A stretch of DNA of 64,000 bases from an uncultured Candidatus Saccharibacteria bacterium (GTDB taxonomy: Bacteria > Patescibacteriota > Minisyncoccia > Phycocordibacterales > JAACPR01). Shown piece after piece: positions 9,224 to 20,204 of this stretch. Location: positions 65,709-129,708 of the forward strand of contig CAZIEY010000002.1 of NCBI GenBank assembly GCA_964538855.1, given 5' to 3'. The notes under the pieces are model-generated. The model was not told where the DNA came from and made no database searches. It saw only the letters and a program-made list of their open reading frames with translations. The first letter of the stretch is position 1, and each line of letters starts with the position of its first letter. The position numbers were made by a program, and so were the translations under genes.

Positions 9224-10996
9224 CTACTTCTGATCTAATCGAGTTGCAATTTCTTCTTTGATTCGAGCAACCAAATCTGATTCCGAAAATGCGATTTTAT
9301 CGCCGGAACGCAATTCAACTTGGAATGTTTTTGATTCAACTTCTTTGTCACCGATTACCACAAGGTACGGCACTTTGTAATTTTTAGCTTCGTGAATACG
9401 TTTACCGAGGCTGCTGTTGCCGCTATACGTAGTGCATCGAATGCCGTTTTCGCGCAACACGTCGTGCAATTTTTTCGCAGCTTCGTCATGATTTTCACGC
9501 ACTGGAATTACCGCAACTTGAATTGGTGACAGCCATGTAGGGAAGTTTCCAGCAAAATGTTCAATCAAAAATCCGATGAACCGTTCGTGAGTTCCAAGGG
9601 GTGCGCGGTGAATGATCGCAGGTGTTTTTCGAGTGCTGTCTTTATCGGTATATTCGAGCCCGAATTTTTTACCCATGTATAAGTCGAGCTGATTTGTCGA
9701 AGCGGTAAATGAGCGTCCGATCGATGAATAAATTTGGAAGTCCATTTTTGGTCCGTAGAATGCAGCACCTTCGTGAGCAATTTTAAATGGTACGCCAGAT
9801 TTTTTCATGGCTTCAATCGTCATATTTTCTGCATCCTTCCAATCATTTTCGTCACCATGATATTTATCCATTTTGTTTGGATCACGCAATGCCAATTCCA
9901 TTTCATAGTTAGTGATACCGAGAATTTCGTAATAGTATTGGTGCATTTTAATTACATTCACAAATTCATCAACCGCTTTTTCTTTTTGAATATAGATGTG
10001 GGCATCATTCATTTGCATTCCTCGAACACGCATCAAACCAAAAAGACTGCCAGAATCTTCGAATCGGTGGCACCAGCCGTATTCAGCGAGGCGCACTGGC
10101 AAATCGCGATAACTTTTTGGTCGAGCTGCAAAAGTTTTATGGTGGAAAGGACAGTTCATTGGCTTGATGTAGTAATTTTCTTCCTCGATTACAATCGGAG
10201 CGTACATACTGTCTTTGTATAATGGCAAGTGACCAGACGTATGGAAGAGGTGCTCTTTTGTAATGAGCGGAGTTGTGACGCGTTGATAGCCCCATTTTTC
10301 TTCGGTTTCTTTTGCCCACTTTTCCAATTCTTCTTTTATAATGTTTCCATTTGGCAACCAAATTGGAAGTCCTTTACCAATTTCTTCGTCGAAATAGAAA
10401 ATGTCCATCGCATCGCCAATTTTTCGGTGATCACGTTTTTCAGCTTCTTCGAGATTTTTCTTGTAAGCCTCAAATTCCGCTCCAGTTTCAAACGCCACGC
10501 CGTAAATTCGTGTGAGCATTTTGTTTTTTTCGCTACCACGCCAATATGCGCCGGCGATTTTTGTGAGCTCGAATCCGTCGGCATCAATTTCGCTCGTGTT
10601 TTCAATGTGAGGGCCTGCGCAGAGATCGGTGAATTTATCACCGGTTTTGTATACAGACAACGTTGCGCCGTCTTTGATAAGGTCGGCAATTAATTCCATT
10701 TTATATGGTTGGTCTGCAAACATTTTCTTTGCTTCGTCTGCGGTCACTTCTGCATACGTGAAAGGGAGTTTGCCACCAATTAACTTTTTCATGCCTTTCT
10801 GAAAATCCTTCAATTCTTTTTCAGTCGGAGCTTTTCCTTCGCTAAATTCAAAATCGTAATAAAACCCATTATCAATAACCGGTCCAATCGCCAATTTGGC
10901 TTTCGGATCGAATTTAAGCACTTCGATTGCAAGAAGGTGCGCCAAAGAATGGCGAACTTTCGCAACGTGCGCTACGTTGTTGTCTGTTTTTGTCAT
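9224..10996 (-). CDS. thrS: Threonine--tRNA ligase
   Basis: RHSLAH, DLCAGPH, RDHRKIG, KPMNCP, GAAFYGPK, HRAPLG. Confidence 0.96.
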   Translation of the reverse strand: MTKTDNNVAHVAKVRHSLAHLLAIEVLKFDPKAKLAIGPVIDNGFYYDFEFSEGKAPTEKELKDFQKGMKKLIGGKLPFTYAEVTADEAKKMFADQPYKMELIADLIKDGATLSVYKTGDKFTDLCAGPHIENTSEIDADGFELTKIAGAYWRGSEKNKMLTRIYGVAFETGAEFEAYKKNLEEAEKRDHRKIGDAMDIFYFDEEIGKGLPIWLPNGNIIKEELEKWAKETEEKWGYQRVTTPLITKEHLFHTSGHLPLYKDSMYAPIVIEEENYYIKPMNCPFHHKTFAARPKSYRDLPVRLAEYGWCHRFEDSGSLFGLMRVRGMQMNDAHIYIQKEKAVDEFVNVIKMHQYYYEILGITNYEMELALRDPNKMDKYHGDENDWKDAENMTIEAMKKSGVPFKIAHEGAAFYGPKMDFQIYSSIGRSFTASTNQLDLYMGKKFGLEYTDKDSTRKTPAIIHRAPLGTHERFIGFLIEHFAGNFPTWLSPIQVAVIPVRENHDEAAKKLHDVLRENGIRCTTYSGNSSLGKRIHEAKNYKVPYLVVIGDKEVESKTFQVELRSGDKIAFSESDLVARIKEEIATRLDQK

Positions 10997-11011
10997 ACCT
11001 GTGAATTATAC

Positions 11012-14000
11012 CTATTTTATAAGATTTTCCAATGTCGCCGCCTTGTCGACGAGTAAACTGAATTCGCCGTTGCGATCCGAATATTTTCCCTTAACAATAA
11101 TACAATTGCCCGGAACGAGTATAGTTTTGGACTTTTTGTACATTTCGGGGAAAAATACAACCTCGGCGGTGTCATTCGCGTCGGCGATTTGTACAAATGC
11201 CATCGCTGCGCCCTTTTTGGTCAAAATTTCTTTGACCGTTTCAACGTGTCCAATGAGTTTAAGTTCAACTCCGGCCTTTGCAGTTTTTTTAATTTTTGAA
11301 ATATTGAAGTCCGATTTCGCAAATTTTCCGCTATATTTGTCGAGAGGGTGGCCGGAAATGTAGAGACCGAGTAATTCTTTTTCCCATCGCAATTTTTGAT
11401 CGTTTGAAACCGGTTCGGCTTTTGTTAATTTCAATTTCGGCGCCGCGACAAGGTCAGAATTCGCAAACAAATTTGTCTGAGATTGTGATGCTTTCGCGAT
11501 TTCTTTGTTGTAGGCTAAAATCTCGTCCAAATTTTCAAGCATTTCATTTCGCTCTCCAAATGAATCGAGCGCGCCAGTTTTAATTAATGCTTCGAGAGAT
11601 TTTTTATTGAAAGCCCGACTGTGAACGCGCGAGATAAAGTTTTCAAGCGACGTATATGGTCCGCGCGCCTTTCGCTCTTCAATCATTTCAAGGGCGATAC
11701 CTTCACCAAAGTTTTTAATACTGCTGAGTCCAAAACGAATATCGCCGTCTGGGTGACCTTCTGGATTAGCTGCATTTTTTCTTTCGACCACAGCAAAGTC
11801 GACGAATGATTCGTTGATGTCGGGTGGCAATACGCGAATCCCAATTTTTTTACACTCCGCAATCATTTCAGCGATTTTTTCAACTTCACCAGAATCGGAT
11901 GTCAAAACGGCCGCCATATAAATGACAGGGAAGTTTGCCTTCAAATATGAAGTTAAATACGCAACGCGACCGTACGAAGCAGCGTGACCTTTGTTGAATC
12001 CGTAGGCGGCGAATGTTTCAATTGACTCCCACAAATGTTGTGTGTCTGATTTTGAAAGCCCACCTTTTTCAATACAACCTTTGGTGAATTTTTCGTACTC
12101 AGCCTTCATAACCTCGGGAATTTTCTTACCCATGGCTTTACGGAATTTGTCGGCTTCTCCCCATGAATATCCCGCTATCTTCACAGCAATCATCATAATA
12201 TCGTCTTGATAAATCAAAACTCCGTAGGTGCCTGCGATAATTTCTTTGAAGCGATCGTCGATGTACGTCACTTTGCTTGGGTCGTGTTTACGTGCGATAT
12301 AATCGGGAATGAAAGCCATCGGACCTGGACGGTAGAGCGCCACCATCGCGTTGATGTCGTTGATGTTTGTTGGTTTGAGCTCTTTCAAAAAGCGTGTCAT
12401 ACCCTGACCGTTCAATTGGAAAGTTGCCGCAGTTTCGCCACGTGCGAGCATCTCGTATGTTTTTTTGTCATCGAGTGGAATCGTTTCTGTATCCAAATCG
12501 AGTCCGCGAATTTTTTTAATAATGCGCAGAGTGTTTCCGATGATGGTTAAGTTTTTCAAACCAAGGAAGTCAAATTTCAAAAGCCCGATGCCGTCTTCAC
12601 CGACCGCGTGCATGTCGTACTGAGTAATTAATTTTCCTTCACCTTTTGGATCATATTGTACGGGCACGTGTTCGATCAGGGGGTCAGGAGAAATCACCAC
12701 ACCTGCGGCGTGGACACCAATGTGACGGGCGCAGCCTTCGATTTTTTGGGCCATATCGAGAATTTGTCCGACCTCTTCGTCGCTCTCGTACATTTCTTTC
12801 AGCTCAGGAACTTCATCAAGTGCCTTTTTGATGGTCATTGGAAAACCTTGCGCACCCATTGGAATTAATTTTGCAATTCTGTCGGCGATAGAAATTTCAA
12901 AACCCATAGCACGAGCAGCGTCGCGCACAGATCCACGGGCAAGCATAGTACCGAAAGTTCCGATTTGAGCCACGTGATTCGCACCATATTTTTCACGTAC
13001 GTAGGCGAGCAATTCGTCACGTCTATCGTCGGCAAAGTCCATATCGATGTCGGGCGCAGACGGACGTTCTGGATTGAGGAAGCGTTCAAACGGCAAACCG
13101 AACGCAATCGGATCAACTGCGGTAATTCCGACGAGATAGGAAATGTACGAACCAGCTGCGGAACCTCTTGTATTACTTTGGATTTTTAATTCTTTTGCTT
13201 TAGAAAAAAGATCCGCCACCACGAGGAAATATTTTGAGTAGCCTTTTTGTGAAATAATTTTAAGTTCGTAATCGATACGTTCTTGAATTGACGGCGTTAT
13301 GTCGATACCTTTTTTCACAGCGCCAGCCAAAGCCATTTCACGTAACGCTTCGTCCGCAGTTTTGCCACCAGGAATTATGAAGTTGGGGAATTTCCATTGT
13401 TTGAGGGGAATTTCCAAATTGCAAGCATCGACGATTTTTTGAATGTTGTCGAGAGCTTCTGGTGTGTCTTTAAAAAACTCGTTCGCTTTTTCTTGTGTTG
13501 TAAATGAAAAATCCTCTGTCGTCGTATCAAAAGTAGACTCTTTGCCACCGAAACTGCTTTGTACGGAAAGGAGAGTTCGTCGCGCACCGTAATCGTCCGG
13601 TTTGATGTAATAGACGTCGTTTGCTGCGACGAGTGGAATTTTTTCGGTCGCTGCGAATTTCTTGATTTTTTCGGTAAGCGCAGGGAATTCGGCAATTTCA
13701 GGGTGATGTAATAATTCGAGGTAAAAATCATCGCCGAAAATACCACGCAAAAATTGCGCTGTCTCACGAGCTTTCTCGGCTTCATCATTTTTCAGGTGCA
13801 CGGAAATTTCCCCAGCAAACGCGGGTGAAATACAAATCAAATCATTGTGATATTTTTCGAGTAACTCGCGGTCGATGCGCGGTTTGTAATAAAAACCTTC
13901 GAGATGCGAATAGGTGACGAGCTTGATGAGGGTTTTGTAGCCTTCGAAATTTTTTGCGAGCAACACGAGTCGTGTGCGCCGGTTATCGATACGCCCCTCT

Positions 14001-14233
14001 TTGTCATGTCGTGTTCGCACCGCCATGTACGCGTCGATTCCTAAAATTGGTTTGATACCTGCGCCTTTGCATTCTTCATAAAAAGAAATCGCACCGTATA
14101 AATTTCCATTGTCGGTGAGTGCAACCGCAGTTGCTCCGTCATTTTTCGCAGCCTCGACAATCTCATCAATTTTCGGAAGTGCGTTCAAAAGACTGTAATG
14201 GCTGTGTACGTGGAGATGGGTGAAGGGCTTCAT
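11012..14233 (-). CDS. dnaE: DNA polymerase III subunit alpha
   Basis: PHP domain HLHVHSHYSLL, RGSAAGS, PDIDMDF, KFDFLGL, YGFNKGHA. Confidence 0.96.
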   Translation of the reverse strand: MKPFTHLHVHSHYSLLNALPKIDEIVEAAKNDGATAVALTDNGNLYGAISFYEECKGAGIKPILGIDAYMAVRTRHDKEGRIDNRRTRLVLLAKNFEGYKTLIKLVTYSHLEGFYYKPRIDRELLEKYHNDLICISPAFAGEISVHLKNDEAEKARETAQFLRGIFGDDFYLELLHHPEIAEFPALTEKIKKFAATEKIPLVAANDVYYIKPDDYGARRTLLSVQSSFGGKESTFDTTTEDFSFTTQEKANEFFKDTPEALDNIQKIVDACNLEIPLKQWKFPNFIIPGGKTADEALREMALAGAVKKGIDITPSIQERIDYELKIISQKGYSKYFLVVADLFSKAKELKIQSNTRGSAAGSYISYLVGITAVDPIAFGLPFERFLNPERPSAPDIDMDFADDRRDELLAYVREKYGANHVAQIGTFGTMLARGSVRDAARAMGFEISIADRIAKLIPMGAQGFPMTIKKALDEVPELKEMYESDEEVGQILDMAQKIEGCARHIGVHAAGVVISPDPLIEHVPVQYDPKGEGKLITQYDMHAVGEDGIGLLKFDFLGLKNLTIIGNTLRIIKKIRGLDLDTETIPLDDKKTYEMLARGETAATFQLNGQGMTRFLKELKPTNINDINAMVALYRPGPMAFIPDYIARKHDPSKVTYIDDRFKEIIAGTYGVLIYQDDIMMIAVKIAGYSWGEADKFRKAMGKKIPEVMKAEYEKFTKGCIEKGGLSKSDTQHLWESIETFAAYGFNKGHAASYGRVAYLTSYLKANFPVIYMAAVLTSDSGEVEKIAEMIAECKKIGIRVLPPDINESFVDFAVVERKNAANPEGHPDGDIRFGLSSIKNFGEGIALEMIEERKARGPYTSLENFISRVHSRAFNKKSLEALIKTGALDSFGERNEMLENLDEILAYNKEIAKASQSQTNLFANSDLVAAPKLKLTKAEPVSNDQKLRWEKELLGLYISGHPLDKYSGKFAKSDFNISKIKKTAKAGVELKLIGHVETVKEILTKKGAAMAFVQIADANDTAEVVFFPEMYKKSKTILVPGNCIIVKGKYSDRNGEFSLLVDKAATLENLIK

Positions 14234-14322
14234 AATGTGCACCTATTATAGATGAAAAATTGTATTTTGCATAAGTATAAGAATTTCATATACAAAATAT
14301 CTAAGCGAGGTATAATTCTGGC

Positions 14323-15171
14323 ATGATAGATCAAAATCAATCAAACAACCAAACGCCACATTTTACTTCACCAGAAGTTACATCAATAAGAAATTATAAA
14401 CCGTATGTGTATGTTGCTATCCTCGCACTTATTGCAGTCGCAGGACTCGGATATTATGTGATGCCAGAAAAATATACACATCAACCGAGCTCTGTCCTGG
14501 AAGATGTACCAAATGCATCAAGCACTCCGGTTATTACGCAGCCAGTAACTCCACAAAATCCGAACCCAGTTGTAAATCCCACTCCTGAGCCAATCGCCTG
14601 CACAATGGATGCGATGATGTGTCCGGACGGAAGTTATATTGGTCGAAGTGGACCGAATTGCGAGTTTGTGTGTAAACAAAATCCGATAATTGACCGTGCG
14701 AGAGAAGTTTTGTTTATGTTGCAAAATAAAAATTACTCACAACTCGAGGAATTTATCAGTTCAGATGGTTTAGCTCTCAATAACCTTCCGAATGTAAACC
14801 TGACTAAAAATAACGTATTAAAGAAGGATATTTCCGATATTCCAAATGATTCAAAGGTGCATCTCTGGGGGTATACCGACGGGAAAGGGGACCCAATTAA
14901 CTTAACGACGAAAGATTTTATTGAGAAATGGATTACTCCAGAATTATTTATTAATGCTGATGAAATCGTTGTAAACAAAATTAAAGATGAAGGAACAAAC
15001 AGTTTGAATACTGTTTTACAAGATGCGGGAAATCGGACAGTTATCGGATTTTATCACGCAAGTGATGCAGCTTACCCAGGGTTAAATTGGGCGACCTTAT
15101 ATCTAGTTTTTGATCAGGAAAATGGCGTGTATATGTTACGTGGGATTTCAAGAAACCAGTGGTCAATTTAA
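14323..15171 (+). CDS. Membrane-anchored extracytoplasmic protein with Cys-rich motif
   Basis: TM helix, Pro-rich linker, CTMDAMMCPDGSYIGRSGPNCEFVC. Confidence 0.75.
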   Translation: MIDQNQSNNQTPHFTSPEVTSIRNYKPYVYVAILALIAVAGLGYYVMPEKYTHQPSSVLEDVPNASSTPVITQPVTPQNPNPVVNPTPEPIACTMDAMMCPDGSYIGRSGPNCEFVCKQNPIIDRAREVLFMLQNKNYSQLEEFISSDGLALNNLPNVNLTKNNVLKKDISDIPNDSKVHLWGYTDGKGDPINLTTKDFIEKWITPELFINADEIVVNKIKDEGTNSLNTVLQDAGNRTVIGFYHASDAAYPGLNWATLYLVFDQENGVYMLRGISRNQWSI

Positions 15172-15184
15172 GAAGAAAAGGTGC

Positions 15185-15817
15185 ATGTTAAAACTTAATT
15201 ATGTTATAGGTATTGATGAAGCTGGTCGTGGCCCATTGTTTGGTCCTGTTTCTGTGGGCACCGTTATGGTTGATTCTGTCGTATTGAAACAAATTCGCAG
15301 AAAAGGTGCCTTGCGCGGTTTGACGGATTCTAAAAAACTTTCAGAAAAAGAGCGCGAGCGATTATATACAGAGTTGGTTGCGTTACAAAAACAAAACATT
15401 CTCAAATTCGCGTGCGCTTTGATACCGGCAAAAATTATTGATACAAAAGGTATCTCGTTTGCAATTAAGTCTGGCATTCAGAAAAATCTAAAACAATTAG
15501 TCGGAAAAGTATGGGATGTAAAAACGACAGATTCGATTCAAATATTGCTCGACGGCTCACTGCACGCTCCAGTAGAATTTGCTCACCAAAAAACCATTAT
15601 TAAAGGCGACCTGAAAGAGCCAATAATTTCCGCCGCATCAATAATCGCCAAGGTGACACGTGACCGACAAATGCAAAAAATCGCTCGGCTTAAAAAATAT
15701 GCTCGATATAAAATAGATGTTCACAAAGGATATGGTACTGCCACACACCGTGCTTTGATTGCAAAATACGGCTTATCGGATATGCACAGAAAGAGCTTTT
15801 GTAAGCGCCTTGCGTAG
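15185..15817 (+). CDS. rnhB: Ribonuclease HII
   Basis: GIDEAGRGP, LTDSKKLS, IIKGD, AASIIAKVTRD, HKGYGT. Confidence 0.95.
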   Translation: MLKLNYVIGIDEAGRGPLFGPVSVGTVMVDSVVLKQIRRKGALRGLTDSKKLSEKERERLYTELVALQKQNILKFACALIPAKIIDTKGISFAIKSGIQKNLKQLVGKVWDVKTTDSIQILLDGSLHAPVEFAHQKTIIKGDLKEPIISAASIIAKVTRDRQMQKIARLKKYARYKIDVHKGYGTATHRALIAKYGLSDMHRKSFCKRLA

Positions 15818-15860
15818 TCTCTTGCCAAAAAACCGTATATCTGCTATTCTATTCAGCATT

Positions 15861-16121
15861 ATGGTAGTACGAATGAGACATACCCGGGCCCACACAGGGA
15901 ACCGACGATCACACCACGCTTTAACAGCGCCTGCAGTTTCTAATGGTCCAGACGGTTTGGCACATCGCCACCGAGTTTCTCCAATCACTGGAAAATACAA
16001 AGGTGTCCAAGTTCTCGATATGACAAAAGGCGAGGCGAAAAAATCTGCAAAAGCTGAAGCAAAAGATTCTAAAAAAATTGCCGCGAAATCAGAAGTAAAG
16101 AAAGACGAAAAGAAGAAGTAG
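15861..16121 (+). CDS. rpmF: 50S ribosomal protein L32 (Cys-less, Lys-rich tail)
   Basis: MVVRMRHTRAHTGNRRSHHAL...RHRVSPITGKYKG. Confidence 0.88.
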   Translation: MVVRMRHTRAHTGNRRSHHALTAPAVSNGPDGLAHRHRVSPITGKYKGVQVLDMTKGEAKKSAKAEAKDSKKIAAKSEVKKDEKKK

Positions 16122-16172
16122 ACAAATAACTGGCACTTGGCCGGTTTTTTGTTATACTAGAAAAGTATTCAT

Positions 16173-17072
16173 ATGGCGAATCGGCACCTTTCCAGATCAA
16201 TAGTGTTACAAACGCTTTTCGAAAGCGATGTGCGTGAAAAAGGATTAAAAGAATCCGAGGAGATTTTGATACGAAACGCAACTGAATTTGCAGAAGGAAC
16301 TTCTGATTCAGGCTTTATGATGGGTCTCTTGGCGACAGTTTTAGGCAAGCAAACTGAAATTAATAACATTATTGAAAAGGCGGCGCCTGACTGGCCTCTC
16401 GAAAAAATCTCGGTGATTGATAGAAATGTGCTGCGAATTGGTCTCGCGGAATTAATTTTTGGAAATCGTGCTGAAGTGCCGGCAAAAGTTGCAATTAACG
16501 AAGCGATTGAGCTCGCCAAAGCGTTCGGTGGTGAATCGTCTGGCAAATTCGTGAATGGAGTTTTGGGGGCGGTATACAAAGAACTTGGTGAACCCGGAAA
16601 AGACGAGGTGGCGAAGGACAAAAAAGTTCACGAAAAAATTCCGACCGAAACAAAGGCGGGTGCAATTATTTATGCACGCCAAGGAGAAGAAATTTATATG
16701 GCGCTCGTGCATGACGTATTTGGGCACTGGACTTTGTCAAAAGGTGGCATTGAAAAAGATGAAAATCCAGAGGAGGGTGTGGTGCGTGAGATAAAAGAAG
16801 AGCTCGGTCTTGAAATAATCGTTCGTGATAAAATTGGTGAAAATCAGTATATTGCAAATCACCCAGAGCGCGGAAAGATTCGCAAACACGTTGTGTATTT
16901 TTTGGCAGAAGCAGAGTACGCTGAAATCAAGCTCGAAAAATCAGGCGGGCTTGATGACGCACGATGGTTTAAATTAAAAGAGATACTTGATTTGAATTTT
17001 TATGATGATATTATGCCGCTCATCACGGATGCGGTGAAAAAAATTAGTAAACTCACGAAATTACCTTCGTAA
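16173..17072 (+). CDS. nusB: NusB fused to a C-terminal NUDIX hydrolase
   Basis: NusB motifs [22 protein letters not shown]; NUDIX box [22 protein letters not shown]. Confidence 0.9.
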   Translation: MANRHLSRSIVLQTLFESDVREKGLKESEEILIRNATEFAEGTSDSGFMMGLLATVLGKQTEINNIIEKAAPDWPLEKISVIDRNVLRIGLAELIFGNRAEVPAKVAINEAIELAKAFGGESSGKFVNGVLGAVYKELGEPGKDEVAKDKKVHEKIPTETKAGAIIYARQGEEIYMALVHDVFGHWTLSKGGIEKDENPEEGVVREIKEELGLEIIVRDKIGENQYIANHPERGKIRKHVVYFLAEAEYAEIKLEKSGGLDDARWFKLKEILDLNFYDDIMPLITDAVKKISKLTKLPS

Positions 17073-17078
17073 ACTCTT

Positions 17079-17768
17079 ATGGATTTTAAAATTTTAGAGA
17101 AAAAAATCGGCATTGATTTCAAGGATAAAAATTTATTGAAACAAGCTTTTACACATCGCTCTTACCTAAATGAAAATCGTAAATTAGAAATGGGGCATAA
17201 TGAACGCCTCGAATTTTTGGGTGATGCGGTGCTCGAACTCGTGACAACTGATTTTTTGTATCATAAATACCCAAAGAAAGACGAAGGGGATTTAACTTCT
17301 CTTAGATCAGCACTAGTGAACACTATTACTATTTCAGAAACAGCGTCGGAACTTGGTTTCAATGAATACTTGTTAATGTCTCGAGGGGAAGCCAAAGACA
17401 CAGGTCGCGCGCGTCAATATATTTTAGCAAACACATTTGAATCGGTAATTGGTTCAATTTATCTTGATGGTGGATATGCCGAGGCTTTAAAATTCATTTC
17501 TACTTTTCTATTACCAAAACTAGATGAAATCGTCGAAAAGGGTTTGTGGTTGGATGCGAAAAGTAAGTTACAAGAAATTTCTCAAGATAAGTTTTCGATG
17601 ACACCCCTATACGAAACGATTAAACAAACAGGGCCAGATCACGACAAGACATTTACTGTTGTTGTGACATATGGCAAGGGTAAAAAAGCCGAAGGTGACG
17701 GAAAATCAAAACAAGAGGCCGAACAAGATGCGGCGCGCAATGTCCTTGTCGACGAAAATTGGTTATAA
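17079..17768 (+). CDS. rnc: Ribonuclease III
   Basis: HNERLEFLGDAVLEL signature plus dsRBD. Confidence 0.96.
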   Translation: MDFKILEKKIGIDFKDKNLLKQAFTHRSYLNENRKLEMGHNERLEFLGDAVLELVTTDFLYHKYPKKDEGDLTSLRSALVNTITISETASELGFNEYLLMSRGEAKDTGRARQYILANTFESVIGSIYLDGGYAEALKFISTFLLPKLDEIVEKGLWLDAKSKLQEISQDKFSMTPLYETIKQTGPDHDKTFTVVVTYGKGKKAEGDGKSKQEAEQDAARNVLVDENWL

Positions 17769-17776
17769 TATACCTC

Positions 17777-19999
17777 ATGAATTTGAAGTCGCTAGAAATA
17801 AATGGTTTCAAGTCCTTTGCGAAAAAGGCGATTTTGAATTTTAACGCGCCAATTTCTTCGATTGTGGGACCGAATGGTTCTGGAAAATCTAACGTGGCAG
17901 AAGCGTTTCGATTTGCACTTGGTGAACAATCTTTTAAATCGATGCGTGGAAAACGTGGCGAAGATTTGATTTTTGGTGGAACGGCGACTGTACCAAAACA
18001 AAATCGGGCGAGCGTGAAAGTGACTTTGGACAACTCTGACAAAAAATTACCAATTGATTTCGAAGAAGTTATTTTAGAGCGCGTTGTACACCGTGACGGT
18101 GTGAATGAATATCTGATTAATGGATCACAGGTACGTTTGCGTGATATTAACGAATTGCTTGCTTCTGCAAATATTGGTTCGAGTGGTCATCACATCATTT
18201 CTCAGGGTGAGGCGGACCGGCTTTTGAATGCTTCAATCAAGGAGCGCAAGCAGACGTTAGAAGAAGCACTCGGCTTACGAATTCACCAATACAAAAAAAT
18301 TGAGAGTCAAAAGAAGTTACAGAAAACTCGTGAAAATATCGAGAAGGTCGAATCGTTACGTCGCGAGATTATTCCGCATTTGAAATTTTTGAAAAAGCAG
18401 GTGGAAAAAATTGAGGAAGGTAAAAAGCTCAAAGAAAGTTTGAAGGCGGCGTATCAGACGTATTTGAAAATCGAATCACTCTATTTGCAGGCTGAAAAAA
18501 ATCGTATCGCAGTGGAAATCACTGTACCAAAAGATCGTCTCAAAGAAATTGAGCGTGATATTCAAAAATATGAGGTGGAAACTAAACAGGCAATAAATAA
18601 TGCCCTTGTCGAAGCCGTTAAGCAAGGTGAAACAAATGTGTCGGCTATCTTTGCTTTAAAAAGCGAATTACAGAGAAAAATCGGGCGTCTGGAGGGGCAA
18701 ATCAGTTCGCTTGAGAAATTAAGGGAAAAAACTGAAAGAAAAGAGCAGTTTAGTTCGCTTACACTTTCGTCTGAAGATGTGCACACGCTCAAAAAAGAGA
18801 GTGAATTGATGGAGGTGAATGTCGGCAATATCGAACTATTGCGCGAAGTCGTAACGCGCGTGATTGCATTTATAAAGAAAATTACTCAGTCAAACTATTC
18901 AAACGAAAAGGAGAATGTTTTTTACGACGAGGAAATTAAAAATTATCGCGCCGAATTGGCGGAGGCTGAAGATGAATTGGTTGTGGCTGAGCAAAAAGAA
19001 TTGCATGCTCAACAAACTCTCGCTGATGCGCGCGTCGCTTTGGAAGCTGATAAATCTCAGTCGTTTGAAGCGGAAAAGAAAATTATTGCTCTTATGTCGG
19101 AAAAAAATGATTTACAAAAAATTGTTTCAAATTTTGCAATTGCACTCGACATTTTGGAACGTGACGAGGCTGCGTATAAATTGGAATTGACCGAGGCAGC
19201 GGTGCTCGTAGGTCGTGACGTGCTCGAATTTGAATCAGTTGTGGTGCCGACTAATGAATCGCGTGATGCACAAATTTCTCGTCGCAAAGATTTGGAGCGA
19301 ACGAAAATCAAGGTTGAAGAATCTGGTATTGGATCAGGTGATGATACCATAAAAGAATTTAAAGAAGTTTCAGATCGCGATGTATTTTTGCTTGCCGAAA
19401 TTACTGATTTGGAAAATTCTGCACAATCGCTCGAAATGCTCATCGTGGATTTGGAAAATAAGATAGAAACTGAGTTCGAGTCGGGTCTCGAAAAAATCAA
19501 CACCCAATTTCAAAAGTTTTTTGAGCTTATGTTTGGTGGGGGAAGTGCTTCTCTCAAGAAAATCAAAATCGCAGCACGTAAACGCAAAGACACGGATTTG
19601 CTATCCGAAGACGACATGGAAAATCCAGAAGAGTTTGATGAAGGTGAGGAAGGTGTCGACATCAGTGTGAATTTACCTCGCAAAAAAGTGCGGGATTTGA
19701 TGATGTTATCGGGTGGGGAACGCGCGCTGACTTCGATTGCGCTTTTGTTTGCAATTTCTCAGGTCAATCCGCCACCATTTATTATTTTGGATGAAACTGA
19801 TGCCGCCCTCGACGAAGCAAATAGCCGAAAATACGGTGACATGATCGAAAGTCTTTCAAAATATTCTCAACTCATTCTAATTACTCATAATCGAGAAACG
19901 ATGTCGCGCGCAGGAATTTTGTATGGTGTGACTATGATGCATGGCGTATCCCAATTATTGTCGGTCGCGTTTGAGGAGGGTGTGAAGTTTGCGAAGTAG
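17777..19999 (+). CDS. smc: Short SMC-family ATPase
   Basis: GFKSFA, GPNGSGKSN, ISQG Q-loop, LSGGE, ILDETDAALD, ITHN; about 740 aa. Confidence 0.85.
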   Translation: MNLKSLEINGFKSFAKKAILNFNAPISSIVGPNGSGKSNVAEAFRFALGEQSFKSMRGKRGEDLIFGGTATVPKQNRASVKVTLDNSDKKLPIDFEEVILERVVHRDGVNEYLINGSQVRLRDINELLASANIGSSGHHIISQGEADRLLNASIKERKQTLEEALGLRIHQYKKIESQKKLQKTRENIEKVESLRREIIPHLKFLKKQVEKIEEGKKLKESLKAAYQTYLKIESLYLQAEKNRIAVEITVPKDRLKEIERDIQKYEVETKQAINNALVEAVKQGETNVSAIFALKSELQRKIGRLEGQISSLEKLREKTERKEQFSSLTLSSEDVHTLKKESELMEVNVGNIELLREVVTRVIAFIKKITQSNYSNEKENVFYDEEIKNYRAELAEAEDELVVAEQKELHAQQTLADARVALEADKSQSFEAEKKIIALMSEKNDLQKIVSNFAIALDILERDEAAYKLELTEAAVLVGRDVLEFESVVVPTNESRDAQISRRKDLERTKIKVEESGIGSGDDTIKEFKEVSDRDVFLLAEITDLENSAQSLEMLIVDLENKIETEFESGLEKINTQFQKFFELMFGGGSASLKKIKIAARKRKDTDLLSEDDMENPEEFDEGEEGVDISVNLPRKKVRDLMMLSGGERALTSIALLFAISQVNPPPFIILDETDAALDEANSRKYGDMIESLSKYSQLILITHNRETMSRAGILYGVTMMHGVSQLLSVAFEEGVKFAK

Positions 20000-20091
20000 A
20001 TTGACTATATTATTGCTTTTTAAAAAAGTAGAGTTATAATCGTATTTGGATGCACTGAAACCACAACGCAAGCACTGGAGGTAAAGACCAC

Positions 20092-20202
20092 ATGTCAAAG
20101 CGTCACGAAAAACAAAAAGCGAAGAAAAGGCACAGAGAGGCTAGCAATGGAGGTCCGTCTAGCAATTCGGGGACTCGGCAGAGCGGTAGAGGGGGTAAAT
20201 AG
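20092..20202 (+). CDS. 36-aa basic small protein (SD-led, below ORF-track cutoff)
   Basis: GGAGG SD; MSKRHEKQKAKKRHREASNGGPSSNSGTRQSGRGGK; TATAAT upstream. Confidence 0.55.
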   Translation: MSKRHEKQKAKKRHREASNGGPSSNSGTRQSGRGGK

Positions 20203-20204
20203 CC

